Positions 1 to 12,214 of a stretch of DNA of 64,000 nt are shown piece by piece. The translations under genes were made by a program, and so were the position numbers. Every line of letters starts with the position of its first letter. Within the stretch, counting starts at the first letter, position 1. Under the pieces are notes generated by a model. That model was given only the letters and a program-made list of their open reading frames with translations. It ran no database searches and had not been told where the DNA came from. The DNA lies in the NCBI GenBank assembly GCA_964016885.1, contig OZ024743.1, positions 348,936,001 to 349,000,000 of the forward strand. The letters are read 5' to 3'. The DNA is from Eledone cirrhosa (Eukaryota).

Positions 1-1793
1 TGCACAGCGACATCTGCTCTGTAGTGAGAGTGAACGGTCACCTTTCGGAACCGTTGAACATCATGCGCTCGGTCCGCCAAGGATGTCCCCTCTCGTCCCT
101 ATTGTACGTATTGACTCTCGAGCCATTACTGCACACTAGGATGCGGAAGGTCCGTGTCAGCATATGCCGACGATGTCACCGTTGTGGTGTCGAACGCCAA
201 ACACATCGAGGCGATCGGCACTACACTAAGAGAATACGAAGCGGTGACAGGAGCAAGAATCAACCAGGAAAAGTCAGTGGGCCTGCAGCTCGGCACCTGG
301 AGAGGCAGTTCCATGCCGTCCAACAGCGTCGTCGGGCGCTGGACAGACGGACCGGTTAAATTGCTAGGGGTCTGGTTCGGTCCAGACCTCCAGACGGACA
401 AAAACTGGGACGAGGTGACGAGCAGGGTGGCTTCTCTCACCCAGAAATGGGCGGAGAGGAAGCTATCCCTGAAAGGTCGAGCGGAGGTGGCTAACGCGTA
501 CATCGCGTCCGTCATCTACTACCGCCTGACCGTCGTACCTTGTCTAACTGCGCAGGAGCGTTTGCTCTTTCGCTTCTTGTGGAAGGGACGCGCTCCGATG
601 GTCAGGTGGTCCATCTGCTGTCAACACCCGCTACGTGGAGGGCTGGGCATGCCGTGGCTAATGATGCGCAGACACGCGCTCAGGCTACGACATCTCCACC
701 TCTTCCTCAACGGTGATCAGGTGTGGTCGCCGTTTGCTAGACAGGTTTTTCCCCAGCTCGTTTTCTTGACGGAGCTGCAGTCCTGGGTCAAGCGAAGACC
801 GAGTGGGAGCGCTTGGCGACTGGAATGTCTTCAGGCGCTCACAGCCCTCGACCAATCGGGCAATGTGATCTGTGGAAACTCCACCTTGGCGTTCTATAGG
901 GGATTAGTTGAGGGGAAGAGCGACGACGTACTTGGAGAAACTCTAGGTGTCGACGAAAATCAACTAGCCAATCTCTTCGGAAGGACTTTCGGGCCGGGGC
1001 CTATGGACAACTTCCAGAAATCCCTGGCCTGGCAGTGCCACCGGGGTGCTTTGCCAGTTCGGGATAAACTTTACAGGCATGGAGGTGCCGTCAGCCGGGC
1101 ATGTCCGAGATGCGCACAGGGCGACGAAACCGTCCTGCACGCACTCGTCCAGTGTCCGAGCATTGCTGACTTGTGGGTTTATGTCGAACACCTGCTGTCA
1201 CGTGTAGGACGGATCTAGCTATCAGCTGAGTCCATCGTGAGGATTGCCCCGCCCTCTTCCTTTAGCCGGGAAGGGCAGGCAGTTTTTATCTGTCTGGTGG
1301 CCATGGCGAAAGAGATAGTATGGTGGACACGTTTGAAAGGGCTGAAGACGAGCACTTACCTCTTCGGTGATGCCCTGATTAACCTTTTTCAAATTTCATC
1401 TGAAAAGGAAAATCAGGGTAGAGAGGGAAGTGCTCTCTTCCCAGCATTTTGTTGAAAGATGGGTGAGAGAAGCAAGTATGGCCCGAATGAATGGGCCTTC
1501 TCTGAGTATGTGTCTGTAAATTAAAGGTGGAAAACTGGGAGAGGGCACTTGCCCTGGTGGTCAGGGCCACTGTGGTCTGTTAATGGGCTTTCTCCACAAA
1601 TGTCCCTCGGAAGTGTCCTCCCTATTGGGGAATTTTTCTTTGTTATTTTATTTCATCCTCTGTTTTTTTTACACGCAGAAATACCCATTTGTACCGTCCT
1701 GTATTGTCCTGTACTGTCCTTAATGTCTACTTTATGTAAACCCTTGTGGTTAATAAAGAAAACATAATTATTATTATTATTATTATTATTATT
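1..1793 (+). mobile_element. Tx1/L1-clade LINE, 3' part (copy A): RT C-terminus, CCHC domain, 3' UTR, (TTA)n tail
   Basis: QGCPLS and SAYADD RT motifs in different frames; CPRC-x5-ETVLH-x4-C zinc knuckle; AATAAA near 1752 followed by (TTA)n ~1765-1793; nearly identical to 5592-7407. Confidence 0.93.
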
Positions 1794-2010
1794 GATTGCT
1801 ATGGTTGACGGAGGCTCGGCTCTGTAAGTTATTGTAAATTTTGAACGCTATAACAATTGTAAATTGTTTAAAACTTAGACCAACTTGTAGACAAAAACAC
1901 CCTCCTCCTCGTGAGAGGGGTCTTTCTGTCCGTTATTTGGCCCTTCGGAGTTAAATAACTGCTTATTGGGGTTTTGTACCCAATATTTATTTTAAACAAA
2001 AAAAAACAAC

Positions 2011-4009
2011 ATGGCTACGAAAAAGAATTTGCATAGGTCACTCCCACTCATTCCGTCTTCTTCTTCCTCAATCATCACTACAGCAGAGAGAAGATTGTCT
2101 CTCTCCCTCCCTTCTTTAAATGTGTCTCTCTCCCTCCCTTCTCTTTCGCAAGCGACGAAAGAAAAGAAAAGTCTCGTGCAAAGCGTGCAAGGTTTCTCTA
2201 CGACGACGACGACAGCGACGAAACAGGTGTGCGGGAAATACGAAAACCCAGTTCATTCGTCTGACGTCAGGAATAATAGCAGTAGCAGCCGTAATAACAA
2301 CAGCAACAGTGACAATGAAAACAACAGTAGCAGCCGCAACAGCATCACCAGCAGCATAAACAACAACAGCATTAGCAGCAGCAACACCAACAACAACCAC
2401 AGCAACAGCGGCGGAGGCAGTAGTCGTAGTACCTGCAACAACAACAAAAGTAACAGCAGTTCTGACGACAACAACAACAACAGCAGCAAAGAAAAACCAA
2501 TCTCATTTGCAGGTATTGCGAAAAACTTGGAAACAATCCTCATAACAAATGAGGAATTAGAGGAAGCGGAGAAGATGGTGACAAAGAACGGACACCGAGC
2601 AATCTGCAAGGCAGCGGAAAATGTTTCGAAACCCAACAGCACTGTACGGTCACGTACCGTACAGTAAGTACAAAATCCCGTAGGATGGAAAGAGTCACAG
2701 AGGCGCAAATACAAAAAGCCTTGGGGTCTGTGTGGCAGTGGAAAAAAACATCACCCGAGGCAAAAAATATGCCACCGTAGTCGTACTTTTTGCCACACCC
2801 CAGGAGGCAAAGGCCCAATCCGTAGTCACCCTAAGGAGCGAGGAAATGGTGTTGGTGCCCTCCTACTGCGGGCAAAAAATTGTGAGGGTCAAACTGACCC
2901 ATGTCCCCTCCGGAATGGCCCCTTCTTGGCTGGCCGCGTCTCTCCTCGTCGGAATCGAGGACAAAACAACTGTACTGCAAGTACAGAAAAAAGTAAGAGA
3001 AGATTGGGTCGGCACCTCCATTGAGATGCTAATCCAAACCAACCAGGAGTGCATCGAAGCTACCCCGGATGTGATAGACTTCGATAACGGCACTCAACTG
3101 CCCATAAGTGTTGAGGGAAAACGCCCGAAATGCTTTCGCTGTGGATCGAAGACTCACCTCAGGGCCTTCTGCAACGAGAAGACCCTGAGAAAGGAGAAAA
3201 CCCCCCTCCTTCCGAAACCGGCTCCACGGCTACCAGCAACAGGACAAGCGGCAACCAGGAACGATAGGTCCGTGGCACCCATACCCACGCCACGGAAATC
3301 AAAAACAGCAGCAGCAGTGGAAATATTAACAGCAATAACAGCAATACCAAATGCAGCTGCAACAGAGACTCCAGTGCAAACATCACCAACAACAACAAGT
3401 GAAAGAGTGGAGCTGGTACCCCTCCCCGACCTCACAGAATCAGACATGGAATGTGAGGTGGGAGAGTGATGGCAAAAGGTCGTAAGAAGGCACAAACGCA
3501 GAAGCAGGGCATCGTCGCCTTTGAAAAGGGAGGAAAGAAATGAGAAAAGGGTAAAGTCTACTGCAAAGAGACTCACAGCAGCAACACCACCAACACCATC
3601 AACACCCACACTAGCACCACCATCAGCACCGGCGTAAACCCCACCGCCAACAACACCTTCAACACCACCACCACAAGCACCAACATCGCAAACACAACAA
3701 CAAAACACACACACCCAGCAACAGCGACAAGAAAATAGCAGAACCACAACCCACCCCCAGAAAAACAAATGCACGGCAATAAATACACACAACAAGAAAC
3801 TAATGACTTACATAATTGAACACACAGACATTTCACAACACGACTACATAATACCAGCACCAATCAAAACGCCAACTAATATAAGACTGCTAAAAATAGC
3901 ACAGAATCAATACACAAACATTAAAACGAAATTCCCCAACGCAGTTGGTGATTTCAGGGACCTAGGAGGAACTATCAATCGAAGAGTATATTCAGACATA
4001 AGAGGGTAA
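2011..4009 (+). pseudogene. Tx1 ORF1 (gag-like nucleic-acid-binding protein), interrupted
   Basis: ORF pieces 2011-2667, 2732-3469, 3803-4009; Asn/Ser-rich N-terminus; CX2CX4HX4C knuckle CFRCGSKTHLRAFC. Confidence 0.8.
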
Positions 4010-7000
4010 GCTGGTGGTGCTGGACGTGACCAGCGGAGACGGGAAAGCTTTCAGGCTAGTGGCCGTCTATGCCCCGACAGGAGCAGGGCGGCCTGATTTC
4101 TCCCGGCGTCTGGAGACCTTTCTTGGAACATCCCGCTCTTTAGTGTTAGTGGGCGACTGGAACGGGATCTTAGATGCACGCTGCGACTGTGTGGGATTAG
4201 CGGATAGGGGTGGAGGGTGCAAGAGCCTCACCAACCTGCTCAGGCGTTTTGAACTGTCTGACAGGTACCGATTGGATTTCCCGAATGTGCCAATGTGGAC
4301 TTGGACAAATCGCATCGGGTCATCCAGATCACATCTAGATAGAGTATTTTGTAGGGAAGTAGATAGGTCTAGCATAGGCTGTCCACAATTCAAGATAGTC
4401 AGCTACACGGACCACAAATTCATGATCTGTGTGCTTGACTTAGATAGGCTTCATAGACGAGGACCCGGCTACTGGAAGCTAAACGCGTGCTTACCAGCGC
4501 GCAAGGCCTACAGAGGCCGGATTAGCGAACTAGTTAAGCGGGTGTTGACGGGGACCATCGTCAACAACAAGTGGTGGTTTGCTCTGAAAAGAGCGATTAG
4601 AATAGAATCCATTAGGTTTAGTAAGGCTTTAGCAATAGAGAAAAATAGAGCAGAGGGAGAACTAGTTAGAAAATTAGACGAGGCGCTTAGCAAAGGCATT
4701 GCGACCGACGTGCTTGCGGCGAAATTGGCCCTTGACCAATTCTTCAATGCAAAGCACGAAGGCTGCGTTGTCAGAGCAAGGGTGCGTGCTCTCAGACACG
4801 AGGGGACGAAAGCCGTTCAATGGGCCCGAGTGGCGAAGGCGCGTCGTGGCAACAAAGCCACGATCCGGTCTTTGGTGGACCCTGATGGGCGCATTCTACT
4901 CGATCCCGGGCAAAAGTGTGAAGCTTTTCAGCGACACTTCGCTCAGCTGTTCGGGGGCAGCGGTGGGCCGGGTCGAGGGATGGACTTTAGTGTCTACCTC
5001 GGCGGACTGCCGCGGCTCTCGGCCACTGAGGCGAGGTGTTGCGAAAAGCCGATAACAACCGCTGAAGTACGGGAGGCAATGACTGGCTGCACAAGGGGTA
5101 AATCGCCTGGTCTGGATGGTCTGCCCTATGAACTTTACGTACAGATGCCAGACTTGTTCGGAGGCCTCTTGGCGGACGTCTACTGCAACTGGCAATAGAA
5201 CGGGAGAATTCCCAGTTCTGTGAGCCGAGGAGCGGTGGCACTGCTGAGAAAGGATCCCAACAAGGGGGATAACATAGATAATTTCCAGCTCATAACTCTG
5301 CTAAACACAGAGTTCAATATTTTGGCCAAGGTGCTAGCAAAGAGGTTGGCGCTTGTCGTTGGTGGTATGGTGGGAGAGGCGCAGACATGCGCCATTCCCG
5401 ACAGATCCATCCACGACAACCTCCACCTCATGCGATACATCGTAGAGAGGGTAGGTAAGGAACCTGGCACGGGTGGGTCCTTGATCAATTTAGATCAGTC
5501 GAAAGCTTTCGATAGGGTCGACCATCGTTACCTAGCGGCAATCCTGAGGGCGGCTGGCTTTGGGCCCGTCTTCAGAGGCTGGATCGCTGCCATGCACAGC
5601 GACATCTGATCTGTGGTGAGAGTGAACGGTCACCTGTCGGAACCGTTCAACATCATGCGCTCGGCCCGCCAAGGATGTCCCCTCTCGTCCCTTGTGTACT
5701 TATTGACTCTCGAGCCATTACTGCACACTAGGATGCGGAAGATCCGTGTCAGCATATGCCGACGATGTCACCGTAGTGGTGTCGAACGCCAAACACATCG
5801 AGGCGATCGGCACTACACTAAGAGAATACGAAGCGGTGACAGGAGCAAGAATCAACCAGGAAAAGTCAGTGGGCCTGCAGCTCGGCACCTGGAGAGGCAG
5901 GTCCATGCCGTCCAACAAAATCTTCGGACGCTGGACGGACGGACCGATAAATTGCTAGGGGTCTGGTTCGGTCCGGACCTCCAGACGGACAAAACTTGGA
6001 CGAGGTGACGAGCAGGGTCGCTTCTCCCACCCAGAAATGGGCGGAGAGGAAGCTATCCCTGAAAGGTCGAGCGGATGTGGCTAACGCGTACATCGCGTCT
6101 GTAATCTGCTACCGCCTGACCGTCGTACCTTGTCCTAAGCCTCGCCTGACTGCGCTGGAGCATTTGCTCTTTCGCTTTTTGTGGAAGGGACGCGCTCCGA
6201 TGATCAGGCGGTCCATCTGTTGTCAACACCCGCTACGTGGAGGGCTGGGCATGTCGTGGCTGATGATGCGCAGGCACGCGCTCAGGCTACGACATCTCCA
6301 CCTCTTCCTCGACGGTGATCAGGTGTGGTCGCCGTTTGCTAGACACGTATTGCCCCAGCTCGTTTCCTTGACGAAGCTGCAGTCCTGGGTCAAGCGAAGA
6401 CCGAGAGGGGGCGCCTGGAGACTGGAATGTCTTCAGGCGCTCACAGCCCTCGACCAATCGGGCAATGTGATCGGTGGAAACTCCACCTCGGCGTTCTATA
6501 GAGGATTAGTGGAGGGGAAGAGCGACGACGTACTTGGGGAAACTCTAGGCGTCGACGAAAATCAACTAGCCAATCTCTTCGGAAGAACTTTCGGGCCAGG
6601 GCCTATGGACAATATCCAGAAATTTCTGGTCTGGCAGTGCTACCGAGGAGCCTTGCCAGTTCGGGATAAACTCTACAGGCATGGAGGTGCCGTCAGCTGG
6701 GCATGTCCGAGATGCGCGCAGGGCGACGAAACCGTCCTGCACGCACACGTCCAGTGTCCGAAAATTTCTGACTTGTGGGTTTATGTCGAACACCTGCTGT
6801 CGCGTTTAGGACGGATCCGGCTATCATCTGACCCCATCGTGAGGATTGCCCCGCCCTCCTTCTTTAGCCAGGAAGGGCAGGCAGTTTTTATCTGTCTGGT
6901 GGCCATGGCGAAAGAGATAGTATGGTGGACACGTTTGAAAGGGCTGAAGACGAGCACTTACCTCTTCGGTGATGCTTTGATTGACTTTTTCAAATTTCAT

Positions 7001-7120
7001 TTGAAAAGGAAAATCAGAGTAGAGAGGGAAGTGCTCTCTTCCCAGCATTTTGCTGAAAGATGGGTGAGAGAAGCAAGAATGGCCCGACTGAATGGACCTA
7101 CTCTGAGTATATATCTGTAA
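4002..7120 (+). pseudogene. Tx1 ORF2 (APE endonuclease + reverse transcriptase + CCHC), N-terminally deleted, with stops and frameshifts
   Basis: VYAP, GDWN, TDHK, YWKLN, SPGLDG, LDQSKAFDRV, QGCPLS, YADD motifs; in-frame stops ending the ORFs at 5198 and 5609. Confidence 0.92.
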
Positions 7121-7407
7121 ATTAAAGGTGGAAAACTGGGAGAGGGCTCTTGCCTTGGTGGTCAGGGTTATTGTGGCCTTTTACTCTGGGCTTTCTCCAC
7201 AAATGTCCCTCCGAAGTCTCCCCCCTATTGGGGAATTTTTCATTGTTATTTTTTGTTACATCCTCTGTTTTTGTTTTTTTACACGCAGAAATGCCCATTT
7301 GTACCGTCCTGTATTGTCCTGCACTGTCCTTAATGTCTACTTTATGTAAACCCTTGTGGTTAATAAAGAAATCATTATTACTATTATTATTATTATTATT
7401 ATTATTT

Positions 7408-7572
7408 GACGTATAGAGTTACGACCCTTGCCATTCTGAGTTCAAATCCCGCCGAGGTTAACTTTGCCTTTCATCCTTACGGGGTCGATAAAATAAAGTA
7501 CCAGTATGCACTGGGTAATTGCTGGCATTGTGCCAAACGTAGAAACAATTATTATTATTATTATTATTATTA
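7408..7572 (+). mobile_element. tRNA-derived SINE family S1, 5'-truncated
   Basis: B box GAGTTCAAATCC, core TTTGCCTTTCATCCTTACGGGGTCGATAAAATAAAGTACCAG, (TTA)n tail; about 10 copies in the window. Confidence 0.88.
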
Positions 7573-7696
7573 GTCTTTACATTCCTTACATTAAACAAAA
7601 ACTACGTTGACAATCTTTTAATAATGTCTTCCTTATGAAATTTGTGGTCTTGTTTTGCTTAACTAATGTATATATATATTTATATGTGTGTGTGTT

Positions 7697-7751
<55 letters not shown>

Positions 7752-7755
<4 letters not shown>

Positions 7756-8542
7756 TAGATTGAGTTAGAAACTCAAAATAGTATTTTACAATTAAATAGC
7801 TCAAGGCAGGGAGTCTTTCCGAGCCGTGTAATACAATTGAATATATGAGAGGGATGACCACCGATACAAGTACACATGTGTTCGAATTGCAAATGACCAA
7901 GTTAACTAGGTTGAAAAAATACTAATTTAAACAATATGGTTGCCTGTTTCGATTTAAAGTAATAAATCAATAAAAATAACAAACCTATATCGGGCAACTG
8001 CTTTTGATACCCGGACAGATCTAAAATCTGTTCCGCAAGAATTATTAAGTGAAAGTCACCATTCCTGTGCCCTTCAGCGGGTATCCAGGAAATTTGTACC
8101 TTTAACTTTAAAAAATCTAAGAAGACTGAATTATGTGTTGATATAAAATCACATGTTTCAGCGCCTAGCGCCTCTCATATTTATGCCGCTAAAAATAGCA
8201 TCCGGTTTTGTGAGACTAAAGTTGGCTCAACGTATGGAGCCTAGAATATCATAGATTGAGTTAGAAACTTAAAATAGTCTTTTACAATGAAATAGCTCAA
8301 GGAAGGGAATCTTTCTCATCCGTGTAATACAATTGAATATATGAGAGGGATGAACACCGATGCAAGTATATATGTGTTCGAATTGGAAATGACAAAGTTA
8401 ACTAGGTTGATTTATTACTTTAAATCGAGAGAGGCAAACCATATTGTTTTAAATTAGTATTTTTTCAACCTAGCTAACTTGGTCATTTCCAGAACACATG
8501 TATACTTGTATCGGTGTTCATCCCTCTCATATATTCAATTGT
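7752..8542 (-). mobile_element. Candidate retrozyme family R1, locus 1: ~1.3 tandem 496-bp monomers plus an inverted segment (8407-8542)
   Basis: ATCATAGATTGAGTTAGAAAC recurs at 7752 and 8248; 8407-8542 is the reverse complement of ~7830-7970; contains a hammerhead; homologous to 25165-26100. Confidence 0.75.
8006..8086 (-). ncRNA. Type I hammerhead ribozyme with two A>G core changes
   Basis: Minus strand: gatacccg CTGAAGG gca...tgc GGAA cagat tttag atctg TC cgggtatc; stems I, II and III all pair. Confidence 0.8.
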
Positions 8543-8718
<176 letters not shown>

Positions 8719-9245
8719 TGTAGAAGACAGGTTGCTTTATATGCAGTTGTTAGGTTGTTACTTCTTGTGAATAAGCCGATCCGAGCGATCTAAAAGCACT
8801 CAACGTCAGTAATTTATTCCTGCTGGTGATTAAGAGTGACGGAATATTCATTTTTCAAATAATAAGACATGATTATTTCACTATAATTGTTTTATTGTAT
8901 GGTGTATATTTCTGTTATATATTTGTGTATGTGAATTCATCACATACTTTCGCAATCAGAGGGGCAGTTATGCTATCATTGGTATCCCAATGATCGCATA
9001 ACTGCCCCTATTTTTGCGGAACAACAAGCGGTTTAAAAGGTGATGTCAATAATAGTCACTGATTTCTAACCTTTGAAATATATTTTACCTGACGCCGTCA
9101 TTGACATCATTTTTCTGTTTTAACAGCTTCCTTGCGTTTAGCTTTTCCTATTATATTACGAATTCTAATACACTCGCGTTTCAAACTCGATATTCGAGAT
9201 AACTTTGTATAAATATATGTACATACACACATATGTATATATATA

Positions 9246-9304
<59 letters not shown>

Positions 9305-9398
9305 TACACTCCTTATCGAGTCCTCTCTGGATTTTGGTCTTTGTATACATCATTGCAATATAGACACACACACACGCATATATATATATATATGTGAG

Positions 9399-9442
<44 letters not shown>

Positions 9443-9483
9443 TATGTGTGTGAGAAAAACCACAGACCCTCCATCTCAAATCA

Positions 9484-9521
9484 CCTTCTGAAAAGCAGAA
9501 GAACTGCGAAACCGGTAAAGG
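9484..9521 (+). ncRNA. Minimal type I hammerhead motif (G8>A) in a probable PLE pLTR remnant
   Basis: cctt CTGAAAA gcag aagaa ctgc GAAA ccgg TA aagg. Confidence 0.7.
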
Positions 9522-9653
9522 AACCAAATAAATATATATATTTTAAAAAAAAATAAGACTTCAGCTGCATTTTCGATTTCATCTCTTTTTCTTTATACTT
9601 TCACTCGTGTAGGACACCTCGGTTATTTTTCATTTTGTAAAAAAAACCGTCAC

Positions 9654-9724
<71 letters not shown>

Positions 9725-9921
9725 TTCATATATATACATATATGTACATATATATACTTGAGAAAGTGCAAGTATACATACATATATTCAATTTTACACG
9801 CAGTCACGCATTTACCCAATTTGTTGGTGATGTATTTATAATATATACGTGATAATATGTATTTATATATTATTTAACTTTTTTTAATTTTCGTTTTAAG
9901 TAACATTATATTAAAATAAAC

Positions 9922-10110
9922 GATGGGTGGTGGATTGGCAGTATCGGTAGAGAGTCGGATGCCATGCTTTGTCGCATAAATGTACGGCCTTTGCCATTCT
10001 GAGTTCAAGTCCCGCGGAGGTTAACTTTGCTTTCATCCTTACGGGGTCGATAAAATAATGTACCAGTAATGTACTGCGTAACCGCTTGCCTTGTTCCAAA
10101 AGTAGAAACA
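9922..10110 (+). mobile_element. SINE S1, full length, 17-bp TSD
   Basis: A box TGGCAGTATCGG, B box GAGTTCAAGTCC; ATTATATTAAAATAAAC at 9905-9921 and 10111-10127. Confidence 0.9.
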
Positions 10111-10589
10111 ATTATATTAAAATAAACAACTTACATGAATGACTTCTGACTAATTAGTGATTAAAACTAATTAACGACACCCTTCCACCAAACACCTCAT
10201 GTGTTAATAACTACAACCAACTAAACCGTAGAGAATTAAATTGTTAATCTATCTGATAATTAAGTAAAGTAAAGTTTTTATTTTTTTATTATATAGAGAA
10301 AAATGAATCTCGGTGTCATTTCGATCGATATAATTGTATTTGTTGTTGGTTGAACCCCGTCAGTTCCGACGACAAGTAATCCAGTTACTTGACAAACCCA
10401 ACAGCCTACTCGTGATTCTAATGTGAAAGTGGCTGTGCATTTGATAAACGTCTTTAACTTTAATCAACTTCTTAGGGAGATTTCGCATGAAACAGTGTAG
10501 ATTCTAGTGGGAAGACAGGCATTAAATGATAATCATTATATATATATATGAGTGTGGGATATATATTTACAGCCTATCCTAAGAAGCAT

Positions 10590-10720
10590 TGAAAAGGGTT
10601 AGTGTCAGGAAGGGCATCAGGTTGTAAAAGATTGCCTCAAATATTCAAATCCATCCATGGAAAATACGATGGAAATCCAGTCCATGGAAAATACGATTCA
10701 AATCCAGTCCATAGAAAATA

Positions 10721-10725
<5 letters not shown>
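10590..10725 (+). repeat. SINE-like 3' fragment ending in three copies of a 27-bp unit (AAATCCAGTCCATGGAAAATACGAT..)
   Basis: GTCAGGAAGGGCATC motif followed by a visible tandem triplication. Confidence 0.5.
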
Positions 10726-10798
<73 letters not shown>

Positions 10799-11426
10799 CC
10801 ATGTTGGCTCTTAGAACTATAGAACTATTTGTACATCTAATACATTTCCAGCTGCATGGATGTAGCGATGTGAAATAAAATTCCTCGCTCAGGAGCAAAG
10901 GCGCCGCTGGAAAAAAAATGTCACGTCCTTATGGTGATGGGCCGAATACCTTAAACTCTGATCCACGCACATTCTCTATATATACGCAAGGGAACTCGCA
11001 CACATGCAATTATGTATATATCTATTTATTTAAATCTACATTTGAACGCATTGTTCTGTTTCATTAAGTTAAAAAATAATCACAGGATCTCTTAGGAATA
11101 CTTAAACGAAGGAAACAATAATTAGTCCTGCAAGAGTAAAATTGTAATATATTTGTGTACAAACACTACTTGATGTATTGCGTATGTTTCATTGTCGTTC
11201 TTCCTTGTATTTAAGAGAATTCATTTCAACTATTATAGGGAACGGACACAAACATTAGTTTTGTCAGAACGTAAAAGTTCACAGCTCTATGTTACAAAGC
11301 ATGGTTAATGCTGTCTGATGAGATAAGGTGACCAGGATCGTCATTTAAATAGGTATCACAGCCTCAATAAAGGACTCTTTAACATCTACAACAAACTTAA
11401 CATTTTCCTTATTCTCTCTCCCCTAT

Positions 11427-11539
<113 letters not shown>

Positions 11540-11713
11540 ATTTGAAGACTAAAATCCAAAGAGGGCTCGATAAAGATAAATATATATCAAATATACAAGA
11601 ACCGTAGAGCAAATATTTATTAAAATAACAGATTAAAGTTTAAGCAAAGAATCGCTGCTTTCACCCTTAACGTGATCTTCTGAAACTAACAAAGTCAATC
11701 TGTAAACGCAGCT

Positions 11714-12214
11714 TCAAATTTAGCTAAACTACCTAGCCGTAGGAACACGTGCAACCCGGTAGTTAGTACTAACTGTAATTGTAGGAATCGGGCTGATTGC
11801 CCCCTATCCGGGAAATGCGTCTCTAGTAACATTGTCTACAAATGTAAAGTTGTAACACCCACGTCCCATAAGGCCTACATAGGGTTAACCGCCAATAGTT
11901 TTAAGCAGCGTCTTTACATGCACACCCATTCTTTTCGTTACCCCCTAAGAAGGAATATGACGTCACTTTCAGCTTATATCTGGAGTCTAAAAGACAACCA
12001 CACCCAATATAAGTTACACTGGGAGATCCTAGCTAGGGCTAGATCGTATAACGGAAATAAAAGACCATGTGCCCTCTGCGCCGCTGAGGCCCTGGAAATA
12101 CTCTACGCCACAGACCACATCTTAAACAGAAAATCTGAGGCAATTTCGGCTTGTAAACATAAATTGCACAAAACTTTCCTGTATTACAGCCCCACGTTAT
12201 ACCCTAACGGATAG
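11714..12214 (+). pseudogene. PLE C-terminal GIY-YIG endonuclease fragment (frame open, RT missing)
   Basis: CNCRNRADCPLSGKC..IVYKC..AYIGLT..FKQR..H..SF..CALC..E..LNRKSE..CKH. Confidence 0.88.

Larger units (their letters stand above)
1794..7407 (+). mobile_element. Near full-length but defective Tx1/L1-clade LINE (copy B)
   Basis: 5' UTR, ORF1 remnants, APE-RT-CCHC ORF2 remnants, AATAAA and (TTA)n tail; begins directly after the tail of copy A. Confidence 0.93.

Noticed and set aside
8758-8812. ttact..CTTGTGA..AACGTC agtaa, a possible hammerhead relic
   Set aside because: Both core boxes are mutated and stem II is unclear; not supportable
9056-9094. gtca CTGATTT..GAAA..TA..tgac inside the second hairpin
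   Set aside because: Core mismatch and no stem II
9922-10010. tRNA gene
   Set aside because: The A and B boxes belong to a SINE head with long spacing; no cloverleaf
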